From contig OZ241971.1 in the NCBI GenBank assembly GCA_965204155.1, positions 354,647 through 418,646 on the forward strand: a stretch of 64,000 nt of DNA, read 5' to 3'. Below the pieces are notes generated by a model. That model ran no database searches and was not told the DNA's origin. It worked only from the letters and a program-made list of their open reading frames with translations. Below are positions 38,850 through 48,580 of this stretch, piece by piece; positions within the stretch are counted from its first letter, which is position 1, and every line of letters starts with the position of its first letter. Position numbers and translations under genes: made by a program. Source of the stretch: Candidatus Rariloculaceae bacterium. Lineage in GTDB: Bacteria > Pseudomonadota > Gammaproteobacteria > Steroidobacterales > Rariloculaceae.

Positions 38850-40631
38850 TCAGGCTTCTGCCGGCGGGCCGAGCTTCACGAACACGTCATTGCCGTGGAC
38901 GGCGATGTTCACTTGCCGGTCCTTCGGCATCAGCCAGTGGATCTCCTGCCAGACGGCGCGCTTGATGACCGCCCGGGTGGCCTCGTCGGCGGAAGCCACG
39001 TGTTGCACGGCCAGGCGGAGCGCCTCGATCTCGAAGGCTCGAAGCTGCGTGGCGTAGCTGTCGGCGTCGCTGTCGTCGGAGGGGCAGAAGTACGCGTGGC
39101 GCAGCAGTTTGGCGAGATCCTCCGCGCTGATGTCGCTGCCGGAGACGATCACGGGCCAGGCGTACTCCACGTAGCCAAAGTCACCTAGAAAGACGACATC
39201 GGCCGGCACCGGAATGACGTCCTTGTCTCCATCGGGCCAGGTAATCTCCGCACGCATGACAATGGCCTCCGCCCGATCCTCCTGCGGAGAGCAATCTTCC
39301 TGCGGGGCGCAGCCCTCCTGCGCGAGGCGGCTGGCGTGCCGGTCGCGGTTCCGTTCGGCGTCGAGGAAGCGCCGATACAGGTCCTGGGGGGACAAAATCG
39401 CGCCGTCGATCTGGATCTCGGTGTAAACCTCCGTCAGGCGCGGCAGGGCGTCGTACCAGTCGTAGCCCTCCAGGCACCGGTCGGACTCGAACAGCCTCGG
39501 CGTGAGCCCGGCGCGCTGCGCGGCGCGATAGAAGGGCTGGGTCTCGGGCGGATCGGCGTCGTACACGACCACCAGGGTGTCCGGGCCGACGGGGGCGAGC
39601 GAGCCGGGGCGCGTCCAGTTGTCCACGTCGGCGATCGCCGGGACCCAGGGGCGAAGCTCGGCGGGCGGCACGGGCAGGTCGATCCCGGCGCGGGCCGCGC
39701 GTTGGTGGTCCTTGAACGCCACGCGCGGCGGCGGGTCCATCGGCGCCAGCGCCCGGTAGATCGCGAGCCGGGCTTCGTTCCGAAGTTCTTCGAGAAACTC
39801 GTTCTCCACCGCCTGGTTGCGGGCGGGCAGAACGAGTTCGAGTTCCGGACAGTCCACGACGTCCGCGCTCACCGTCCAGACCTCGCCGTTCAGCGTCTGC
39901 ACGTGCGGCAGGCGCGCGTTGACGGTGAGGCCGTGGAAATTGAGGTCGTGGTGCGTGTAGGGCACGACCCGGGACGTGCCGATGCCCAGCGTGAGTCCCT
40001 TCCACTGCTCGATGCGGAGCGCATTCTCCAGAAAATCGCGCCGCCGGAGTGCGTCGCCGTCGAACGTCACCGGCAACGGCGTGAACAGGGCCGCGCGTCC
40101 GGCGGCGGCGCGCAGAGCGTCCAGTGCCTGCCCGACCGTGAACGTGACGCGGGTTCCGTGCGGCGCCGGGGCCGTATCGTCGGGCATGACCGCCGCCGCG
40201 GCCTTGCCCATGAAATGCTCCGGTTCGAGCTGAACCCGCCAGGACGGAAACTGCCCGGCGGCGGGCGACTTTGGGCGCGAGGCCAGAGTGCAGCCGTGCT
40301 TGGCCAAGGACAGCAGGCCCATGCCGGCGGGGTTCTCCGAGCGGGCGAGTTTCTCGTTCCATCCCGACTCGCCGAAGCTCAAGAGCACCGCCGGATCGGC
40401 GATGCCGCGTCCGTCGTCCCGGATCGTGACCTCGAAGCGATGGCCATCGGGCGGACTGAGGTCCCGGGTGGTGATGTCGATTCGGGTGGCGCCGCCGCGC
40501 CGGGCGTTGGCGATCAGCTCCACAAACGCGCTGGACGCCGAGGCATCGAAGAACATGTGCATGCGGTCCAGGGCGCGGGGATGAACGCGGGCGCGTATGG
40601 ACGTGGCGGCGGGCGTGTGTGTGTCGTTCAT
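38850..40631 (-). CDS. GHKL (HATPase_c) domain protein
   Basis: ELIANARRGGAT, IRDDGRGI, AGMGLLSL, GTRVTF. Confidence 0.85.
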   Translation of the reverse strand: MNDTHTPAATSIRARVHPRALDRMHMFFDASASSAFVELIANARRGGATRIDITTRDLSPPDGHRFEVTIRDDGRGIADPAVLLSFGESGWNEKLARSENPAGMGLLSLAKHGCTLASRPKSPAAGQFPSWRVQLEPEHFMGKAAAAVMPDDTAPAPHGTRVTFTVGQALDALRAAAGRAALFTPLPVTFDGDALRRRDFLENALRIEQWKGLTLGIGTSRVVPYTHHDLNFHGLTVNARLPHVQTLNGEVWTVSADVVDCPELELVLPARNQAVENEFLEELRNEARLAIYRALAPMDPPPRVAFKDHQRAARAGIDLPVPPAELRPWVPAIADVDNWTRPGSLAPVGPDTLVVVYDADPPETQPFYRAAQRAGLTPRLFESDRCLEGYDWYDALPRLTEVYTEIQIDGAILSPQDLYRRFLDAERNRDRHASRLAQEGCAPQEDCSPQEDRAEAIVMRAEITWPDGDKDVIPVPADVVFLGDFGYVEYAWPVIVSGSDISAEDLAKLLRHAYFCPSDDSDADSYATQLRAFEIEALRLAVQHVASADEATRAVIKRAVWQEIHWLMPKDRQVNIAVHGNDVFVKLGPPAEA

Positions 40632-40727
40632 CGAGTCGTTACTCCGTCGTGGGACAGGCCAACGAATCCGCCGGCGCGGGGCCGGCGGGCGACGTGGCTG
40701 TGGGAAGGGTCGAGCGGCGCGGGTAGG

Positions 40728-43040
40728 TTACGGCGAGACGCGCAGGAACTCGGGCACCTCGGCGGCTGGGGCGTCGTGCGCGTCGGCGTCCTCGCCGTTC
40801 GCGGCGGCGCGGTCCGGTGCCTGGCCGGCGTCTTCGCCCGTGTCTTCGCCGTTGGCCGGCGCTGCATCTGGGCCCTCGCTGTTTTCCCGGCGCCCGTCCG
40901 GCGTGGCCTCGGTGCCGGCATCTGGTTCGGCTGCGGTCCCGGTCGTGCCGGCCGTTTCCGTGTCGGCGACCGGGTCGCCGGCGTCGAAGGGCTCGAACCC
41001 GGGCGGCGTCCACTTGAGCGCCGCGGCGCGGGCCACCGCGGAGATGTGCGACGCCTGTTCCTCGTCGGCGCCGAACGCGCGGGCCATGGACGAGACCAGG
41101 ACCGCCTTCTTGGACTTGGCGCGCGCGGAAGCCCACTCGGGGCCGAGGACCTTCGCGGCGACTTCCAGCAGCTTCGCCTTGGTCAGGCGGTTCCAGAAGA
41201 TGTCCGCGTCCGGCCGGTACTGGCCGGCGAAGTCGATGTCCAGCCGCGCCGCGGTGGCCTCCAGTTCCGGCCTGGCCGAGGGCTCGAACGCGAGCTGGCC
41301 CTGCACCGTGCGCGCCACGCACGCGGCGAACAGCGCCTGCTTCATCTCTGCCGGCAGGGCTCGCAGCATCTGGAACGCGTCGCCGTCGTCCTCGATCTGC
41401 AGCCAGTCCAGGGGCAGCGCCGCACGGTTGATCCGCAGCATGCCTTCCCCTTGCGAGGCTTCGGCGAAGTTCTTGTCGTCGCGCCGCATCGGGGGACGGT
41501 CGGCGGTCTCGGAGAACTTGATGTCCAGCGCATGGGGTCGGTACCCGGTCTGGAAGAGGGCGCGGGCCATCTGGAACACGCACAGGTCGAAGGCGGCGTC
41601 GAAGTCCTCGGCCAGGTGCGCCTTGATCAGCGACGTGCGGATGGCGCGAAGGTCATCGCCCAGACCGATGCCGATCCCGACGCGCTTGCGTGCCTCGGCG
41701 GCGGGGTCCGGGACGGGGTCGGGGCGGGAAATCGCCGGCGGGCGAATGTGCCCATCGAACCCGCCGGGGTCGTGGGCGTCGTCGCCGGCCCCGTTGGTGG
41801 AGGGCGATTCGCCGTCAGCAGGACTGCCGTCCGCAGGGCTGCCGTTCGCAGGACCCGTGTCGGAAGGGAGGTCTTCGGGGCGCACCAGGCCCTGGATGAC
41901 ACGCATGTTGCCGTCGTCGCCGACCGTGACGATGGCGCCGGCCATGGCCATGTCCTTGCGCCGGAACACGGCGCGGGCTTCCACGGTGGCGTGGATCTCG
42001 TCCAGGCGCGCTTGTGCGCGGTCGTACTCGGCTTCGGTCTCCTCGGTCCAGTCGTTCTCGTCCAGCTCGCTGAGTTCGTCGCCCCGGGCGCCCAGTTGCT
42101 CGATCTCCTTTCTTTCGGCCTCCGTGGGCTCGCCGGGTTTCGGGCGGATTTGCGCGAAGCGCGCGGTGTCGCTCCACTCCACCTCCACGCGGGCCTCGGC
42201 CCAGGACCACTTGGTGCGCAGCTCCTCCGCGGCGGCTTCCAGGCGCTCCAGCGCCAGTTTGCGGAGCAAGGCCGGATCGTCGAACCAGATGCCCCGGTCG
42301 TCCTCCTCGGCAAACAGATCGCGCGTCAGCGCCCCGCCGGCCTTCTCGTAGGCGTCGGCGCCGATGAACCGGGCGATGGAGGCCGTGGCCGGAATCCGGC
42401 CTTCGGTCAGGAGCCGCCGGATCTGCCAGATGCTGGGCCCGTAGTGCTGGGCCTTCAGTTCCTCCCATACGGCGAGCTGCAGCTTGGCATCGGCGGTGGC
42501 GCAGAAAGCCTGCAGGGCCTGAAGTCCCAGCTCCCCCGCGCGGTAGGCTTCGAGCAGTTCCGGGGCCGCGTTGCCCAGTCTCAGCCGCTGTTCCACCGTG
42601 CGCTCGGACACGCCGAACCGGGCAGCGATCTCCGCGACCGTGCCGCCGCCCCGGGCGATTTCTGCAAACGCTTCCACCTGGTCGGCCGGGTGCATGGCCG
42701 CACGCACGGTGTTCTCGACCAGGGACAGTTCCACGGCGTTGTCGCCGTTGGCGACCACGTGGCAGGGCACGGGGTGGTCGGCAGGGATGGCGCCGTCCTC
42801 GGCGAGGACCCGTAGCGCCGCCAGGCGCCGGGCGCCGGCGACGACTTCGTGGCGTTCGTCGGCTTCGCCGTTCTCCCGGGAGGGCTGCACGAGGAGGTTC
42901 TCGAGCAAGCCGTGGGCGGCGATGGACGCCTTGAGCTGCTCGAACGCCGCGCCTTCGGCCGGCGTCTTCCGCACGTTTTGCGGCGAGGGAATGAGCGAGT
43001 CTAGCGGGAGGCACCGGATGGTGCGGTCGGAATCGGACAT
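40728..43040 (-). CDS. ParB/RepB/Spo0J-family protein
   Basis: SPQNVRKT, GLLENL, VVAGARRLAAL, ENTVRAAMHPADQ, HTH IAARFGVSERTV; GGAGG RBS. Confidence 0.92.
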   Translation of the reverse strand: MSDSDRTIRCLPLDSLIPSPQNVRKTPAEGAAFEQLKASIAAHGLLENLLVQPSRENGEADERHEVVAGARRLAALRVLAEDGAIPADHPVPCHVVANGDNAVELSLVENTVRAAMHPADQVEAFAEIARGGGTVAEIAARFGVSERTVEQRLRLGNAAPELLEAYRAGELGLQALQAFCATADAKLQLAVWEELKAQHYGPSIWQIRRLLTEGRIPATASIARFIGADAYEKAGGALTRDLFAEEDDRGIWFDDPALLRKLALERLEAAAEELRTKWSWAEARVEVEWSDTARFAQIRPKPGEPTEAERKEIEQLGARGDELSELDENDWTEETEAEYDRAQARLDEIHATVEARAVFRRKDMAMAGAIVTVGDDGNMRVIQGLVRPEDLPSDTGPANGSPADGSPADGESPSTNGAGDDAHDPGGFDGHIRPPAISRPDPVPDPAAEARKRVGIGIGLGDDLRAIRTSLIKAHLAEDFDAAFDLCVFQMARALFQTGYRPHALDIKFSETADRPPMRRDDKNFAEASQGEGMLRINRAALPLDWLQIEDDGDAFQMLRALPAEMKQALFAACVARTVQGQLAFEPSARPELEATAARLDIDFAGQYRPDADIFWNRLTKAKLLEVAAKVLGPEWASARAKSKKAVLVSSMARAFGADEEQASHISAVARAAALKWTPPGFEPFDAGDPVADTETAGTTGTAAEPDAGTEATPDGRRENSEGPDAAPANGEDTGEDAGQAPDRAAANGEDADAHDAPAAEVPEFLRVSP

Positions 43041-43205
43041 GGAGACCTCCGGAGTGGGCCCCGGCGCGGGGCACGGAAGGAACGGGAAAGGGACGCGAAC
43101 CGGAGGCTCCAAGGCTCTCCGGCTCGCCCCGATCCACGCTTCACACGGACTCCATGGACAGCCGCCCCGGCCAGGGGCGACGAAGACAGGACTATGCCGT
43201 TCGAA

Positions 43206-43745
43206 TCAAATCCAGCCTCTCTCGGCGAGGCTGACGAATGCGCCGTCGGTGACGACGAGGTGATCCACCAGGCGGATGTCGACGAGGGCCAGCGCGCGGC
43301 CGAGCTTCAGCGTGATGCCGCGGTCGGCCTCGCTCGGTTCGGCGACACCGGACGGGTGGTTGTGGAAGAGAATCAACGCCGCGGCGTTGTTCTCCAGGGC
43401 CTTCTGAACGACAACCCGCGGGTAGATGGCCGCCCCGTCGATGGTGCCCTGGAAGAGCTCGGTCATCCGGATCAGGCGATGGCGGGTGTCGAGGTAGATC
43501 ACGCCGAACACTTCATTGCGCCGCCCGGAGAGCTTCAGCCGCAGGAATTGCTGCACATCCTCCGGGGCGTTCAGGCAGCGGCCGCGGCGGAAGCGCCCCG
43601 ACAGCACCTTCAGGGCGAGGGAGATGACCGAGGACTTCTCGCTCCCGGAGAGGCAGGCGGGCGTGAGTTCTGCGAAGCGGTTTTGATCGGCAGGGGCGGA
43701 GGGTGTTCGTGCCGCGGGTACGGCCACGACGTTCGATGCGGGCAT
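43206..43745 (-). CDS. RadC-like JAB domain protein
   Basis: EVFGVIYLD, GTIDGAAIYPRVV, HNHPSG..PSEAD intact. Confidence 0.9.
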   Translation of the reverse strand: MPASNVVAVPAARTPSAPADQNRFAELTPACLSGSEKSSVISLALKVLSGRFRRGRCLNAPEDVQQFLRLKLSGRRNEVFGVIYLDTRHRLIRMTELFQGTIDGAAIYPRVVVQKALENNAAALILFHNHPSGVAEPSEADRGITLKLGRALALVDIRLVDHLVVTDGAFVSLAERGWI

Positions 43746-43900
43746 GATCGACAGGCTCCTCGATGGGTCGGAAACGGGTGGAAGCGAAGGGATCGGCCGG
43801 GAAAGCAGCGGCGCGCGAACGCACGCCTGCCCCCGGGATCCGCCCCTTCCCGGCCGACCTCCACTCCCTGCGGCGCCGGATGACGCCGCGGGCGTACGGA

Positions 43901-44440
43901 TCATACAAATCCCCGTTCGGCGAGACTGACGAACGATCCGTCGGTGAGGACGATGTGGTCGAGGAGCCGCACGTCGAGAAGCTCCAGTGCGCGGCCGACC
44001 CTGTCGGTGATGTGACGGTCGGCCTCGCTGGGCTCGGCGATTCCCGAGGGGTGGTTGCGGAAAAGCACGACGGCCGCGGCGTTGTTTTCAAGGGCCTTCT
44101 GCACGACGACCCGGGGCTGGATGGATGCCCGGCCGACCGTGCCGTGGAGGAGTTCGACGACCCGGATCAGTCGATTGCGCGTGTCGAGGAAAAGGATCCC
44201 GAAGACTTCGTTGGGGCGTCCGCTGAGTTTGACCTGCAGGAACCGCTCGATGTCCTCCGGCGCGGCGAAAACGCGGCCCGATCGGCAGCGGCTTGTCAGC
44301 ACATTCAGGGCGAGGGCAATTACGGAGGATTTTTCGCTCCTGGACAGGGAGGCGGGCGTCAGTCGGGCGAAGCGGTTCTCGTCGGCAGGGGCGGCGGGTG
44401 TTCGCAGCGCGGGTGCGGCGGCGGCATTCGATGCGGGCAT
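43901..44440 (-). CDS. RadC-like JAB domain protein, paralog with His-to-Arg change
   Basis: Same length and leader as neighbour; motif reads RNHPSG..PSEAD. Confidence 0.88.
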   Translation of the reverse strand: MPASNAAAAPALRTPAAPADENRFARLTPASLSRSEKSSVIALALNVLTSRCRSGRVFAAPEDIERFLQVKLSGRPNEVFGILFLDTRNRLIRVVELLHGTVGRASIQPRVVVQKALENNAAAVVLFRNHPSGIAEPSEADRHITDRVGRALELLDVRLLDHIVLTDGSFVSLAERGFV

Positions 44441-44614
44441 GATCGACAGGCTCCTCAACGGGTGATGGGCAGATGGAAGCGGAACAAGGGGATGAATCCC
44501 GGGGATGGGCCGGCGTGGGACTGTCTTCCGCCGGGCCCCGGGATTTGCCCGGCTGGGAGCCGCCCGCGCCCTCGGGAAAGCCTGGCGCGGACAGGGTAAC
44601 GGAGCCGGAGCCGG

Positions 44615-45259
44615 TCAGCCGAAGCGCTCCCCCGCTTCGGTAAATGTCCAACAGTTATCGACGATGGCCTCGTCGACGGCGGCGTCGGACGTCAGGTAGT
44701 CGTACTCGCGCTCAAGCTGGCCGTAAAGCCAGCGCGCGAGGTTGCGCATCGCCTGAGTAACGGCGTCCTCTGCGTCGTCGGTCATGGGCTGCCCTGCGGG
44801 GCTGTCGCGTTCGACCTCGATCGTCATGCTGTGCGCGTGGTAGTAGCGGCCGCTCTGGCGGATGACGGAAACGAGCTGGTAGAAATTGCGTTTTTGCGCG
44901 TGCTGAAGCTCGTCGGCGATGGCGTGCAGCGTTTCGTCCTTCGGGGCGTAGCGGCGGATGGCGCGGGCCGCGTCCGGAGCGTGGAGGTAGGCCCCATCAA
45001 AGCTGGCGCCGTCACCCTGTCGGGCAAAACCGGTAAACCATACGTTGGGGGCCTCGCGCGTGCCCCCGCCCATGAGGCGCACGGTACGGGTCTGCAGTGT
45101 CACGCCGAGCAGGCCGCAGACGGTCTCGAAGTCCTCGAATACGGCCTCGTACCAGTCCCAGTCGAGGCAGGCGTCGCGATACCAGGCACGGGCCCGTTCC
45201 CGGGCGGATCGGGACAATTCCGGAAGTTCGTAGACGAGGGTCTTGACGATGCGGGGCAT
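44615..45259 (-). CDS. Conserved mobile-element protein (family often labelled antitoxin of a stability system)
   Basis: VYELPELS..ARERARAWYR, FTGFARQGDGASF, WLYGQLEREYDYL, FTEAGERFG recognised from ICE/plasmid leading regions. Confidence 0.7.
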   Translation of the reverse strand: MPRIVKTLVYELPELSRSARERARAWYRDACLDWDWYEAVFEDFETVCGLLGVTLQTRTVRLMGGGTREAPNVWFTGFARQGDGASFDGAYLHAPDAARAIRRYAPKDETLHAIADELQHAQKRNFYQLVSVIRQSGRYYHAHSMTIEVERDSPAGQPMTDDAEDAVTQAMRNLARWLYGQLEREYDYLTSDAAVDEAIVDNCWTFTEAGERFG

Positions 45260-45542
45260 GGGACTCACCTTCGGTGGTGGAAACGGGCGGCGCACACCGG
45301 GGTTGGCGGGCCTGCGGACTCGCGCGCGTCCCGGCCGGGACTCGCCGGGAAGAACGCCCGACGCCACTCCGGGGGGAGCGAGTGCGGGATGGGTTGCGGG
45401 TGGATGTGCGCGGCGCGATGGGGGAATGGCGTCAGCGGCGATCGGCACCGCTACGCCGATACGCCCGGTGTGGAAATGGGCGATTCGCGCTGTCCGGGTC
45501 GGGCTTCAATTCGGCGAAGCCGCCGGTGTTATTCTTCAGCGG

Positions 45543-46277
45543 ATGTGCGGCCGCTACAACATCGTCAGCGATCCTCAGGCGCTGATGGATGCGTTCGGGG
45601 TGATCGACGCGGAGTCGTCCGTGGACGTCGTCGATCGCTACAACATCGCGCCGTCGGAGCCGCCCCCGAAAGGAGAATCCACCCGGGAGAGACGGATCAC
45701 GCGGGTGCCGACCATCCGGCTCAATGGGGACAGGCGAGTCATGTGCTCGGCCGTCTGGCCGCTCATCCCGGTCTGGGCCAGGGGCGTCGTGCCGAAATAC
45801 GCCACCGCGAACGCACGTTGCGAAACGATGGCGAAGCTACCGGCCTATCGGCACGCCTGGAGTTCGGGCCGGCGTTGCCTCGTGCCGGCCACTTCCTTCG
45901 TCGAGTGGCAGACGGTCGCGGGCAGCCGCCGCAAGCAACCCTGGCTCGTCTATCTCGCCGACCGCCGGCCGATGGCGTTTGCGGGGTTGTGGGAGGTCTG
46001 CCGTACCGAGGACGGCGAGCGTATCGAATCGTGCACCATCGTCACCGTCCCGGCCAATGCGCTGATGGCCGAGATTCACAACACGAGGAAACGCATGCCG
46101 GTCGTGCTGGAGGGACGGTCGGAACAGGACGCCTGGCTGTCGGGCACGAAAGAGGAGGCCTTGGCGGTCGCCGAACCGCTGGCGGATGGGTTGCTCGATG
46201 CGCACCCGATTTCCACTAGGATCAATAATCCCAACGCTAGCGGTCCGGAATTGCTGGAACCCGTAACTGCTCAATAG
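45543..46277 (+). CDS. SOS response-associated peptidase (SRAP/YedK/HMCES)
   Basis: Starts MCGRY; RYNIAP, NARCET, RRCLVPATSFVEW, IHNTRKRMPV. Confidence 0.93.
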   Translation: MCGRYNIVSDPQALMDAFGVIDAESSVDVVDRYNIAPSEPPPKGESTRERRITRVPTIRLNGDRRVMCSAVWPLIPVWARGVVPKYATANARCETMAKLPAYRHAWSSGRRCLVPATSFVEWQTVAGSRRKQPWLVYLADRRPMAFAGLWEVCRTEDGERIESCTIVTVPANALMAEIHNTRKRMPVVLEGRSEQDAWLSGTKEEALAVAEPLADGLLDAHPISTRINNPNASGPELLEPVTAQ

Positions 46278-46412
46278 ATGGACGGCGGCTTCGCAGAGGA
46301 ATCCGGCCCACGGTCCCGGCCGAGCAGCGGCGTGGCACGGTAGAGTGCCCGGATTCGATTGCGGTCTGAATCTTGAGGCAGTGCTTGCCCGTGCGCTTGA
46401 CCATCGGGCATG

Positions 46413-46428
46413 CTGTATATATGCACAG
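46413..46428. promoter_or_regulatory. LexA (SOS) box, CTGT-N8-ACAG
   Basis: ctgtatatatgcacag with TTGACC 11 bp upstream (46397-46402). Confidence 0.75.
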
Positions 46429-46696
46429 GCATGTGACACCAGTTCGGGACCTGGATGAACTGACGGACGAACAGCGCCGGTTCCTCCGCGGTGTCGCCGT
46501 CAGGATTCGCAAACTGTTGGAGGCGATCGAGGCGGGGGCCTCGAGCGCGCGCTTCAAAATCGGGACAAGGTGTCTGGAGGATGGCCGTCGCGTCGAACTG
46601 GAACTGGTCGCGCGGGTGCCTGAACGCAAGTGGGACGGCATCGCCCAGACCTGGGGTCAAAAGCCGCTGCGCTCGCCGGCGGACGAGGAATCGTAA
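46421..46696 (+). CDS. Small hypothetical protein, probably SOS-regulated (start 46421 or 46433)
   Basis: Protein-like ORF starting in or just after the LexA box. Confidence 0.55.
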   Translation: MHRHVTPVRDLDELTDEQRRFLRGVAVRIRKLLEAIEAGASSARFKIGTRCLEDGRRVELELVARVPERKWDGIAQTWGQKPLRSPADEES

Positions 46697-46849
46697 ACGG
46701 GAGTTCGGGATACCTAAGGCATGACCGTAGCGGGACACGACGGCACCGGGGGATCGGTGGGTTGCGGGGTGTGAAGGCCGGAATTATGGTGCGTGTCGGC
46801 TTTGAACGGGTGGGTCATGGAACGGGCTGGATACAGGGACGGTTTTCGA

Positions 46850-47126
46850 ATGGACGATGTGCAGGAGGTGGACTGGGCGGACTGGGCGAGCTGGTTCCGG
46901 GTGATGACCTTGCTGTGCGTGAGGAACACGCTGATCGAAGACACTCACGCCCGCAATGACCGGTCAGCAGGACAGGGGATTTCTCCGACGTGATCGTCGA
47001 CGACGCCAACGGGCGCCGAATTCCGTGACCGGAGGTCTTTCGTTCCGTGACAAGACGATGAAGGAGCTGATGCGCGATATCGTCAACCGCCTTTGCACGT
47101 TTTGCGCGAAGGCGGGCGAACCGTAA
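46850..47126 (+). pseudogene. Degraded hypothetical gene
   Basis: VMTLLCVRNTLIEDTHA / TGDFSDVIVDDANGRRIP*PEV / MKELMRDIVNRL pieces lie in different frames with an internal stop. Confidence 0.5.
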
Positions 47127-47374
47127 TTCGATAGGATCTTCGAGCGCTGGTAGCTGGTTACTGGTGGCGCGGCGCTGGGATTGTCCGAAGCTGGCCAAGG
47201 GGTTCGTCGCGGCAAGCGAATGCAGTGTTGTCCGTGGCAAGGGCGCGAGCGCGTTCGTCGCGACGAAGGAGAAAAGCAATGACGCGGAAATACTGGAGCG
47301 ACACGCCGGTACCGATTAAAGTCACCCGAAGGAATGTTGAGCCTATCATGTCTGCGAAACTGTAAGGGACAGCT

Positions 47375-48580
47375 ATGAAAGGTACGGTTAATGAATTTCG
47401 AGAAAATCCTTGTAGTGAAAATATGAGGGCAGTCATAGATTGTGTACGAAACGAGTATGTGCGAGATGAAGACGTGGCGCACTTGGCCGAGGTACTCGGG
47501 ACATCCGGACGTGTATATCGAATGGCGGCCGGGCGGCTGTGTGTGGACTTGGCGTCCACCGGTGGACCGACGTCGCTGTCTACCTTATTGGGGCCACTAT
47601 ATCTGAGAGCATTAGGTTGGATAGTCCCGAAACTCGGAGTGCCAGGGCGCCCTGCTGGAGGCGTTGACACGCTGTCACGCATTCCGGATTACAAGACGAT
47701 ACTGACCTATGAGGAGATAAGAGCTTGCTTGGACAAATGTGGATATTGCCATTTTCTTACAAACCAAGAATATGCACCGCTGGACAAGACATTTTTTTAT
47801 TTCCGACAACAATCAAATGCTCAGCACCTCCCGGAATTGGTTATTGCAAGCATCTTAGCAAAGAAGCTGGCAGTTGGGCTAAATAAAGTGGGTTTAGAGA
47901 TTCGAGTTGCCCCGCATGGAAATTTTGGATCCACAGCTGTAGAAGCTAGGGAGTACGGGCGCAGATTCATGCGAGTCGCTGATTTACTTGGTATTGATTC
48001 AGTTTGTATCATAACTGATGCTAGAGAACCCTATCAGCCCTATGTCGGTCGTGGCGAAGCCTTATTGGCACTAAAAAAAATCTTTGATGATGAGGCGTCC
48101 ACGCAATTGTTTTCGCATGCGACGAGTTGTTTTACAATGGCCCATGCTACCGTAGGTTATCCGCCAACCGATCCGAACATGATTAACGAGCAGATCAAAA
48201 AGAACTTCTTCGAAAATCTTGTTGCCCAAGGGAGTTCTAAGGATCAATTCGAGCAGTATGTTGAAGCCATCGATAGTGGTCATAACTTTTTCATTTATGG
48301 AACCAGATCCGGGTATTTGCGGATCAATCTGGGTCGTTTGCGGGAGGTAATATTGCGTTTTCAAAAGGGCACGCGAAGCGGTTCGAACTTGTTTCCCGAT
48401 GACATGGGAGTGATTCTTAAAAAAACCACGGGTGACCTAGTTGCACGCGGTGACATATTGGCGAGTGTGCGAGTGAGTGAAAGAAGATGGCCAAGCGCAA
48501 GTGGAGTAATTGAAGATTCATTCTGCGTTGATGAAGACTATCCAGATCGCGCAAACTTTGAGGTGCTGTCTAGTGAATAA
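47375..48580 (+). CDS. Divergent thymidine/pyrimidine-nucleoside phosphorylase family (glycosyltransferase family 3) protein
   Basis: DLASTGG (cf. DKHSTGG), VPKLG..AGGVDTL..IP, APLDK, ASILAKKLAVG, C-terminal KTTGDLVARGDILA. Confidence 0.85.
   Translation: MKGTVNEFRENPCSENMRAVIDCVRNEYVRDEDVAHLAEVLGTSGRVYRMAAGRLCVDLASTGGPTSLSTLLGPLYLRALGWIVPKLGVPGRPAGGVDTLSRIPDYKTILTYEEIRACLDKCGYCHFLTNQEYAPLDKTFFYFRQQSNAQHLPELVIASILAKKLAVGLNKVGLEIRVAPHGNFGSTAVEAREYGRRFMRVADLLGIDSVCIITDAREPYQPYVGRGEALLALKKIFDDEASTQLFSHATSCFTMAHATVGYPPTDPNMINEQIKKNFFENLVAQGSSKDQFEQYVEAIDSGHNFFIYGTRSGYLRINLGRLREVILRFQKGTRSGSNLFPDDMGVILKKTTGDLVARGDILASVRVSERRWPSASGVIEDSFCVDEDYPDRANFEVLSSE

Larger units (their letters stand above)
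21292..47126 (-). mobile_element. Leading-region module of a conjugative/integrative element (transfer genes absent from window)
   Basis: Co-oriented RadC, ParB, strawberry-notch helicase, ssb, Toprim, DUF2493, DUF2958, RHH: a gene set typical of proteobacterial ICEs/plasmids. Boundaries approximate. Confidence 0.75.

Noticed and set aside
39336-42815. 1159-aa plus-strand ORF (and similar long antisense ORFs such as 13879-15744, 31586-33106, 35988-37343)
   Set aside because: Antisense shadows of well-supported genes in high-GC DNA; no motifs.
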